DNA of 64,000 nt, from positions 576,001 to 640,000 of the forward strand of contig CAVOVB010000001.1 of assembly GCA_963699755.1 (NCBI GenBank). Reading direction: 5' to 3'. A program made the position numbers and the translations under genes. The DNA is from an uncultured delta proteobacterium. Lineage in GTDB: Bacteria; Myxococcota_A; Polyangia; Polyangiales; Houyiibacteriaceae. The notes below the pieces were generated by a model. The model was given only the letters and a program-made list of their open reading frames with translations. It did no database searches and was not told the DNA's origin. Of this stretch, positions 40,051 through 47,590 are shown piece by piece; within the stretch, counting starts at the first letter, position 1, and each line of letters opens with the position of its first letter.

Positions 40051-41561
40051 AGCGAGCCGCCATCCTCGTCGGGATCTTCGCCGCGCTCGGAGTCGTGGCC
40101 GGCTTTCTCGTTGCGAGGCTCAGCACCGACGTCTTCCCGACGATGAAAGAACAACGCAATGCCGGGCCCACCCGGACGGTGCCGAAAAACTGGCCCCAAG
40201 TTCGCCTGTCTCCGGGGCACTCTCAGCACATCATCAACGAACGGGTCAAATGCGACGAATGTCATGACCCCGCCGACGAGACCTTTCGGGCTCCCGACAC
40301 CGGGGTATGCACCCAATGCCACGAAGAGCAGGCGTCGTTGGCGCACGTCAACCTCGATGGCACGCCGATGGACTGTTACACCTGCCACATCTTCGGCGCG
40401 GAACCCGAAGTGTTCGGGCGATGGCACTGCACGCGCTGCCACGGGCCGTTCCAAAGCGATGGCATGGAAGGCCTCGCCATGCACAACACCGTGCCATGCG
40501 AGACCTGCCACAACCCGCATAAGGCCATCGACGAGACGATTCGTGAGTGCGGCGAGTGCCATGAGAAGATGAATCTGCAGCATGGCCAAACGAAACTCAG
40601 CGGAACATGCGCCGATTGCCATGGAGGGCATCAACTCGCTACCGATGCAGCGTCGTGTTTGAGCTGCCACGCGACGAAGTCGCCGATCGTTCCTGCTTCT
40701 GCGACCTTTGGAGGGGGACATGATTCATGCGCAGACTGCCACAAGGCTCATGCGTTTTCGGCAGAGAGCGCACTGCGGTGCAACTCCTGCCACGCGGGCG
40801 TGCGCGTGCTTGCGCAGAGCTCCGCGCCGGAGCACCGCGATTGCACGAGCTGTCATTCACCCCACGACGTGCGCGCAGCGGGAGATCAGTCCTGCAAGGG
40901 GTGCCATCGAGATGTGGCTTCGACCCATGCCGCACAGAGCACCAAGGACTGCGTCGGATGCCACGAGCCGCATCCGCAGCGTGTCGCGCAAATCGCGCTG
41001 CAGTGCTCGAGGTGCCACGAGGAGGCTAGCTCGGAGCGAGCGTTTCACGCCGGAAACATTCCCTGCACCGGTTGCCACGAGCCCCATCGATTCGACCTCA
41101 GCGGCCTCAGCGATCGCGCCCTGTGCAGGCGGTGCCACGTCGCTCAGGTTCGTCTAACCCGTCGAAATTTGGGGCATTCCAGCTGCTCGGGCTGCCATCA
41201 GGGAACGGTGCACGAGCCCGCTGGAGTTCTGACCTGCGGCAGCTGTCACGAAGAGAAGCTCGCGCGAAGCCCGGCTGGCCACCGTGAGTGCGCGTCGTGC
41301 CACGAGCCGCACGGCGGCACGGTCTCGGCACAAACCAGTTGCACGGGATGCCACAAGGTTGCGCAGCTACCGGGGCTGCACCGCCTGGCCGACGTGCCGA
41401 TCGGTGAGGGCCACACTAAGTGCGCGGCTTGTCACGACATTCACGAATTGAAGGTTCGCGCCGGCCGCGCAGACTGCATGACCTGCCATGAGGACGTCGC
41501 CGATCACCAACCCGATGCCAAGGTCTGCACGGGATGCCATACATTCATCCGCGCCCGTTAG
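40047..41561 (+). CDS. 23-heme c-type cytochrome with N-terminal signal/anchor
   Basis: 23 CxxCH counted in 504 aa; recurring CxxCHxPH units. Confidence 0.93.
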   Translation: MKRAAILVGIFAALGVVAGFLVARLSTDVFPTMKEQRNAGPTRTVPKNWPQVRLSPGHSQHIINERVKCDECHDPADETFRAPDTGVCTQCHEEQASLAHVNLDGTPMDCYTCHIFGAEPEVFGRWHCTRCHGPFQSDGMEGLAMHNTVPCETCHNPHKAIDETIRECGECHEKMNLQHGQTKLSGTCADCHGGHQLATDAASCLSCHATKSPIVPASATFGGGHDSCADCHKAHAFSAESALRCNSCHAGVRVLAQSSAPEHRDCTSCHSPHDVRAAGDQSCKGCHRDVASTHAAQSTKDCVGCHEPHPQRVAQIALQCSRCHEEASSERAFHAGNIPCTGCHEPHRFDLSGLSDRALCRRCHVAQVRLTRRNLGHSSCSGCHQGTVHEPAGVLTCGSCHEEKLARSPAGHRECASCHEPHGGTVSAQTSCTGCHKVAQLPGLHRLADVPIGEGHTKCAACHDIHELKVRAGRADCMTCHEDVADHQPDAKVCTGCHTFIRAR

Positions 41562-42803
41562 TCAAAACGGAGGCAGCGTTCGAATCTTGATCGCGACGCC
41601 GAGCGTGAGAATGAGAAGTAGCAGCGTGCTGATTGCAAGCCCCCGGCGTCGGCCATCGAACGCTCGCAGCTGCGCGTATCCCACCTCCAATGCGGCCGCT
41701 TGGTTCTGGGAGATTTCGGAGACTTTTTCCTCCATCACGGGCTTCGAGAACGCATGAATCAAGGTGCGGGCCTGAAGGAGGCCCTGCCGCGCTGCCTGCT
41801 CGTAATCCTCTGCTTCGGTGACGTCCATGCCCTTCGTCTCGGCTTCGGCGAGCAAGTCATCGATCTCGTCGAAAGATCGTCGAACTGAACCGAGCGTATC
41901 GGCGTAGTAAAGTGCGAGATCCGATCCTTCATCACCGGTTTCGTGGCACTTGCGGCACGCGCCATCAGGCTCGTCGGCGAGCCAGTCGTCGGACACATGC
42001 GTGATGAGGTGCTTTCCGTGACATGCCACGCAGTCGGCAAGCGATTTCTCCTTGAAGTCCGGGGCCAAGGGACTCCCTAGAAACAGCTCGGCGTTGTAGC
42101 TGTGGCACGTGCCGCAGATGTTGCTGATCGCATCGATCGACGGAGGAGCCGCGCCGTGGTTGCCGTGGCAGTCATTGCAGGCCGGTGCCCCGCGCACGTC
42201 GTGCTTCTCGAGGAGCGCCTTTCCATGGACGCTCTGGGTGTACTCTTCGTATTGATCGGTTGGAATGTCGAAATCGCTCATGTACTCCGCGTCAGCGTGG
42301 CAATGCGCGCATGTCGCCGGAACGTTCTCGGCATAGACCGGCGACTTGGCATCGTTGACTTCCCGCACTCCATGGGCGTGATGGCAGCTCACGCACTGGG
42401 CCACTCGAGTTTCTCCCTTGGCGAGAAGCTTTCCATGCACGCTTGTCCTGTACTTCTCGAGCTGATCGATCGGCAAGAGCGGCTTGCGCGCCTTCATGTA
42501 CCCGATATCAGCGTGACAGCCGCCGCACGAGAGGACGATTTCTTGCGCAGAAAGTGTGCCACGATAGTTGGTGCCGCGACGTTTGGCGAGATGACTGTCC
42601 CCCTGCGTCGGATCGCCGCCGTGACATGCATCGCATCCAATTCCGGCATGCGCATGGACATCGTCCTGCCATAGCTCAGCCACCCCGTCATCGGTGGTGA
42701 GATGGCATTCCAGGCACTTGCCTCCAGGAAGCTCCTCGGCGCTTGCGCTCGAAGCAAGTGCGACAGACAACACGATCAGAGCGGAGACAAAAACGTTCTT
42801 CAT
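41562..42803 (-). CDS. 9-heme c-type cytochrome with C-terminal membrane anchor (c subunit of the Rieske/cyt b complex)
   Basis: Signal ending ASA; 9 CxxCH; helical stalk and C-terminal TM; ATGA overlap with cytochrome b. Confidence 0.9.
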   Translation of the reverse strand: MKNVFVSALIVLSVALASSASAEELPGGKCLECHLTTDDGVAELWQDDVHAHAGIGCDACHGGDPTQGDSHLAKRRGTNYRGTLSAQEIVLSCGGCHADIGYMKARKPLLPIDQLEKYRTSVHGKLLAKGETRVAQCVSCHHAHGVREVNDAKSPVYAENVPATCAHCHADAEYMSDFDIPTDQYEEYTQSVHGKALLEKHDVRGAPACNDCHGNHGAAPPSIDAISNICGTCHSYNAELFLGSPLAPDFKEKSLADCVACHGKHLITHVSDDWLADEPDGACRKCHETGDEGSDLALYYADTLGSVRRSFDEIDDLLAEAETKGMDVTEAEDYEQAARQGLLQARTLIHAFSKPVMEEKVSEISQNQAAALEVGYAQLRAFDGRRRGLAISTLLLLILTLGVAIKIRTLPPF

Positions 42804-43885
42804 GCGAAGTGCCCCCGATAGGTCATGATCGAGAGGAACAACAGTGCGGCGATGCCCGCAATCATGACGATGGTGGTGACCCGGCGACTCCGCCCTGTGT
42901 CGATCCACGGAACCAAGCACCAGAGGAGCCCGCCAAACGAAATCATCAGCAGCCCGAGCTTTTCTCCTTCAATCGGCCCGACATGGGCGGGCATGTATTT
43001 GAGAAACTCGAAGGTGGCGAGGAAGTACCACTCGGGCTTGATGCCCGCAGGAGCGGGAGCAAAGGGGTCGGCCTCGACGCCGAGCTCGGCGGGAAAGAAC
43101 ACGGCCAAAGCCGCCAACACGTTCAGCGTGATCAACCAGAACAGCAGCTCGCGCATGAAGAAGTGCGGGAAAAACGGCATCGTCTTCCGGCGGTCTGGCT
43201 GCGTTTCCCATACCTGCGGCTCGTGGATCCCCTGAAGCTGGATGAAGAAGAGATGGCCCGCGACGAAAAGGGTCAGCAACGCCGGAAAGAGGGCTACGTG
43301 AAGTGCGAAGAAACGGGGCAGCGTCGAACCCGTGACGTCTTCGCTACCACGCAGCACGTACATGATGGGCTTACCGATCAACGGGACGACCCCGACGATG
43401 TCGGTGCCCACTTTCGTTGCAAAAAAGGCGAGCTCGTTCCATGGCAAAAGATAGCCGCTGAACCCGAAGCCGAACAGAATCACGAGGAGCACGATCCCGG
43501 AGAGCCAGGTGAGCTCACGCGGCTTTCGATACGCGCGCATGAAGAACACGCTGAACATGTGGATGCACGCAGAGAGGATCATCAGGTTCGCCGACCAGGC
43601 ATGCACCGATCGAATGAGCCAGCCAAACGGAACCTTGGCGGAAATGAATCGCACGCTCTCGAAAGCCGTGTCGGCGCTTCCCTTGTAGTAGAACATCAAC
43701 ATGATTCCCGTTCCCACCTGAATGAGGAACAGAAAGAGCGTGATGCCACCGAAGTAGTACCAAAACGCGCCCCTGCCGACCGGCACGGTCTTGTGCTTGG
43801 CCCACTCCTGAAACTGCGCGATGGGGTAGCGGTCTTTTGCCCAGCCGAAGAAGGAACGCTTAGGATTTCTGGGTGACATAGACAT
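42800..43885 (-). CDS. Cytochrome b of a bc-type complex (PetB/QcrB family)
   Basis: RSVHAW...IHM and FFALH...GHL heme ligands, GYLLPW, IKPEWYF (Qo site). Start may be 43879. Confidence 0.95.
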   Translation of the reverse strand: MSMSPRNPKRSFFGWAKDRYPIAQFQEWAKHKTVPVGRGAFWYYFGGITLFLFLIQVGTGIMLMFYYKGSADTAFESVRFISAKVPFGWLIRSVHAWSANLMILSACIHMFSVFFMRAYRKPRELTWLSGIVLLVILFGFGFSGYLLPWNELAFFATKVGTDIVGVVPLIGKPIMYVLRGSEDVTGSTLPRFFALHVALFPALLTLFVAGHLFFIQLQGIHEPQVWETQPDRRKTMPFFPHFFMRELLFWLITLNVLAALAVFFPAELGVEADPFAPAPAGIKPEWYFLATFEFLKYMPAHVGPIEGEKLGLLMISFGGLLWCLVPWIDTGRSRRVTTIVMIAGIAALLFLSIMTYRGHFA

Positions 43886-44291
43886 CGTCCCCCTGCGTGT
43901 GCACTTCGAGGGCGTCCAGCGGCCGCGGCGGCGGGCCCGACACGTTGGTTCCGTTCAAGTCATAGACCCCGTTGTGACAGGCACACCAGATGTCCTCTTT
44001 CTCGGAGCGGTACTGCACCGTGCAATCGAGGTGGGTGCACTGGGCGAGATATGCAGCGAAGTTACCGTCGGGTCGGCGCACCAGAAGGGCCGGCTTTCGG
44101 CCAAACTTGAACACCTTCCCCGAGTTCGGCTCCATTTCCGTGAGCGTCGTTGCCTTCACCGAAGAAACCGCCGCTTCTTGCTCAGGGGGCGGGCTCAAGA
44201 AACGAAGCACCGGATAGATGACCGAACCAAGCCAGGCGAAGGTGCTTCCCCCGAGAAACCAATTGAGAATCGACCGCCGGTCAAACTTCAT
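43860..44291 (-). CDS. Rieske 2Fe-2S subunit (PetA/QcrA family)
   Basis: Tat-like DRRSIL, CTHLDC, CACHNGVY, GPPPRPL. Confidence 0.95.
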   Translation of the reverse strand: MKFDRRSILNWFLGGSTFAWLGSVIYPVLRFLSPPPEQEAAVSSVKATTLTEMEPNSGKVFKFGRKPALLVRRPDGNFAAYLAQCTHLDCTVQYRSEKEDIWCACHNGVYDLNGTNVSGPPPRPLDALEVHTQGDDVYVTQKS

Positions 44292-44353
44292 CAGGCTCGC
44301 CTCTCCGCCAACTGCGGCCGAGCCTATCGGATTTCGCGACCGAATCGCAACGA

Positions 44354-45415
44354 TTATCGAAACGCGTCGACGCGTCCGTTGATATGCGGAGCTTCGATGG
44401 TCAGCCGAGTACCGGCGGCGTTGATGCCCACGTGGCAGTTGTTGCATGCGATCTTCGCGTGGCCCACCGGCGGATTCTGGTGGCAGGAGTTGCACTCCAG
44501 TGCGAGCCCCTCTTCATCCCAAGCGACGACAGGCGTGGTGCCACCGCGCACATGGCAGCTGGTGGCGCAGACACGGGTCTCGGGATCGTAGCTCGCGTCG
44601 GGTCCCCAGGCGGGCTGGAAGACCACGTCGATGTCACCGTTGGCGTGGCGTCCGCCGAGCATCGAGTAGTCCTCCCCGAAGTGGCACGCCTGGCAGTCGA
44701 GGCCGCGCGGGTTGTTCGCTGAGGACTGCACGTGAGGCGCATGAGCGTAGCCCGCGGGTGGCCCAGGAAAGTAGCACTGGTCTCGCGGCGGATAGGGACG
44801 CAGGCCATCTCCGTGGCAGGTTCCGCACGCCATGACACCACCCGGTACGTCGTGACAATCGGTGCAATCGGTGGCGCCAGGCGGGTAGATGGTCACCTCC
44901 TCGACCGGCGCCGGTGACCCCGCATGACAAAGACCACAAGCATCAGTCCGCTCGGAGTCGATGATGGGCTGCCAGTCGGTCTCTCCCAGGTAGCTGCCGT
45001 GCCAATCGGCGGCACGCGGATCGGTCCACTGGCCAGGGTGGGTGCTTCTCGCATCGGGAAAAGCGCCGTCGCTGACCCAGGTCCTCAGGGTAAACGCATC
45101 GTCGGCATCGAGCAGGTCCGAGTGACTCGGCTCCTGAAGCACGGCGAGGATCGGCGCCATCTGATCAGGCGGCGAGGTCGCCGGCTGCCCTTCGGGGTCG
45201 GGGATACATCGGATGGTCGTGAAATAGTCCTCGACCCGATAGTCAGCTTCCGCGCCTGGGCCGCTGTGGCACCCCAAGCAGCGCTCTTGGAGAATCGGAT
45301 TTACATCCGCAAACACGACCGGCGGTTGGTCGCGATCGCGCGCCTCGTTGCAGCCAAGAACCGCAACGTTGAACCACACGAGCCCGGCAAGCCAAACGCT
45401 CGTCCCGCCCCTCAT
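44354..45415 (-). CDS. Multiheme cytochrome c lipoprotein (7 CxxCH + 1 CxxxCH)
   Basis: VLGC lipobox; paired CATSCH...CNSCH with H-x-NG repeats as in Geobacter-type CxxxxCH/CxxCH domains. Confidence 0.88.
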   Translation of the reverse strand: MRGGTSVWLAGLVWFNVAVLGCNEARDRDQPPVVFADVNPILQERCLGCHSGPGAEADYRVEDYFTTIRCIPDPEGQPATSPPDQMAPILAVLQEPSHSDLLDADDAFTLRTWVSDGAFPDARSTHPGQWTDPRAADWHGSYLGETDWQPIIDSERTDACGLCHAGSPAPVEEVTIYPPGATDCTDCHDVPGGVMACGTCHGDGLRPYPPRDQCYFPGPPAGYAHAPHVQSSANNPRGLDCQACHFGEDYSMLGGRHANGDIDVVFQPAWGPDASYDPETRVCATSCHVRGGTTPVVAWDEEGLALECNSCHQNPPVGHAKIACNNCHVGINAAGTRLTIEAPHINGRVDAFR

Positions 45416-47499
45416 GGCGCGGGGGGGTTGGGCAGTAGGTTGGCATGGCAGGTGCCGCACGCGTTGGTGAAAGCGACAGGCTGCTCAAGCGGCTCACCAA
45501 CCTCCCGCCAACGGGTCATCGTCAACCGATGGCTCGCGATGTCGTTCCAGAAGTACTGGACGGGCAGCGATACGCTCGAGCCTGGATCGAAAAGCGCGGG
45601 CACTCCTGCGCCGGAGCGGGCGGTCGGCACCAGATGGCAGTCGGCGCAGAGGAGCCCGAATCCGGTGTGGACCGTATTGCCGGTCGCGAATTGGACGTGA
45701 GCATCCAAGTTGCCCGATTCCGCCAAATCGCTGTGGCAGGTGGTGCACAGAGCGTTGGGATTGCCCGAGGTGTCCGTGGAAGCGATGTCGGCATCGTTGG
45801 CGTGCGGGCTGTGGCAGTTCGTGCAAGATACGAGCCTGGATCCGTTTCGGTAGTGCTTCGATTCTAGGTGTCCGGAGTACTGCTGATAGTCCGCCCGCGG
45901 GTCGCCTGAGGCATAGAAGTCATCCGGCGCGCCGCTGACGCGCGACGTATGAAGGAGGGCGAAATCGCGACGGCGGATACCGGCCGGCGGCATCTCGTCA
46001 TCGGCCGAGAGCGGCAACCCGGTCATGCCCCCACCGATGCCGAGGGGTCGCGAGTGGCAGGTTCCGCAAAGCGCCGCCCGGCGACCCGGAGTCAAGAGCC
46101 CGGGGGACACCATGAACCTGCCATTCGGGCTTGGCGTCAGATGGTCCGAACCCGGGCCGTGACACGACTCGCAGCCGACGTTGATGAGCTCCAGCCTACC
46201 GTCGCCGTCATAATCAAACGCACCAGCCGAATCGACGACGGCGCTCGCAGACCAACCGTCCGCCTCGCTACCGCTCAGATCGTAGCCCGTGAAGTGACAG
46301 CCCGCACAGTTGTTGTCGAAAGACTCGCCTGAGGGAGGTGAGAAGTCCGGATCACGAAGTAGGTCGGAGCTGAAGTCGTACCAAAGGTCGGATCGGTAGT
46401 CGCGCCAGGGCCAGTCATTCGAGCTGCCGTTGCCCGGAAGGCTCCCGTTGTCGAAGTCGCCCTCGTAGTTGTATTGCATGGGGAGCAGGAAGTAACTGAG
46501 GCTGCCGTCCCTGTTGCTCCGGCGCGCTAGATACTGTTGCGTGCCCAAGGCTCCTCCGTAGGTGAGGACGACATCGTAGCTATGCGTGGGCTGCGCGTTG
46601 ACGAGATTCTCTACTTCAATGAAGTAGGCGCCGATCGCGCCGACCGGCTTGTTTGAGTCCCGCCGCAAGTCGATTCGAAATCTCGTGCTTGAGCCCGGAT
46701 CCTGAATCTGCACCTTGCAGCTCGACGGATCGGCATGCGTCGAGGCCGACGCATCGCAATCGTAGTAGTAGAGGGACGTGCCCGCCTCGAACGCCGCCAA
46801 TCCGGCATAGAAACCAGGCCAAGGCTCGACGTCTTGCAAAATCGAGGGCGCACCTGGTACCTGAAGGCCTACGTTGTGCGCGGTTCGGGAGGTGGTGTTG
46901 AGGGCATGACAGCCCAAACAGGTCGATGAGCCGACGTAGGTTGCTCGCTCGCTCGGCTGAGGGCTCACGCGGATGTCCAGCTGCATGCCGATCAGTGACG
47001 CAGTATCGATGGCGACGCTGCTGTTGTCACCGCCTGGCAAGTGCACGCTGTCATCCTCCGCGGGTGTCCAAACGACGAAGTAATTTCCCTCGGGAAGCGT
47101 TTCGAACCGGTATTCGCCGGATTCGTCGACCGCGGCCTGCTCGTAGTCTGCGCCGGCGTCGAGGAGGTCTTCGATCGGTTCGTCGACTTCGAGCATCGCA
47201 GTCGCCTCCGGCGACAAGGAGATATCGATCCGCGTCTCCGACAGCGCCTCGACGTCGCTTGCAGGCACGAGGTAGACAGTGCCGCCGGGCACCGGGAGCA
47301 TGCTCGGCTCCATGACCCGGCCCACCAAGCCCTCCAGCTCGGGATCGATCCCAGCGTCCGGCGTCGCTCCTGGAGGCCCTTGTGGCCCCTCCGGGCCCTC
47401 TGGCCCTTGCTCGCCCGTGTCACCCTTGCAGGCGCCGATCATGAGACATGTGCAGACGAGAAGCGGGAGCCACGAGAACCGTGAGATGGAAAGCATCAT
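45412..47499 (-). CDS. 8-heme cytochrome c lipoprotein with collagen-like linker
   Basis: IGAC lipobox, GDTGEQGPEGPEGPQGPPG, YVGSSTCLGCH, VGCESCHGPGSDH; 8 CxxCH. Confidence 0.9.
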   Translation of the reverse strand: MMLSISRFSWLPLLVCTCLMIGACKGDTGEQGPEGPEGPQGPPGATPDAGIDPELEGLVGRVMEPSMLPVPGGTVYLVPASDVEALSETRIDISLSPEATAMLEVDEPIEDLLDAGADYEQAAVDESGEYRFETLPEGNYFVVWTPAEDDSVHLPGGDNSSVAIDTASLIGMQLDIRVSPQPSERATYVGSSTCLGCHALNTTSRTAHNVGLQVPGAPSILQDVEPWPGFYAGLAAFEAGTSLYYYDCDASASTHADPSSCKVQIQDPGSSTRFRIDLRRDSNKPVGAIGAYFIEVENLVNAQPTHSYDVVLTYGGALGTQQYLARRSNRDGSLSYFLLPMQYNYEGDFDNGSLPGNGSSNDWPWRDYRSDLWYDFSSDLLRDPDFSPPSGESFDNNCAGCHFTGYDLSGSEADGWSASAVVDSAGAFDYDGDGRLELINVGCESCHGPGSDHLTPSPNGRFMVSPGLLTPGRRAALCGTCHSRPLGIGGGMTGLPLSADDEMPPAGIRRRDFALLHTSRVSGAPDDFYASGDPRADYQQYSGHLESKHYRNGSRLVSCTNCHSPHANDADIASTDTSGNPNALCTTCHSDLAESGNLDAHVQFATGNTVHTGFGLLCADCHLVPTARSGAGVPALFDPGSSVSLPVQYFWNDIASHRLTMTRWREVGEPLEQPVAFTNACGTCHANLLPNPPAP

Positions 47500-47590
47500 C
47501 CGGATAATATGCAACCGGGGCAGGCCTTCAAGCGAAGACATGCCCCGGACCGCTGTTTCTGGGCTTCGATGGCCCTATGCGTCCCGCTGG

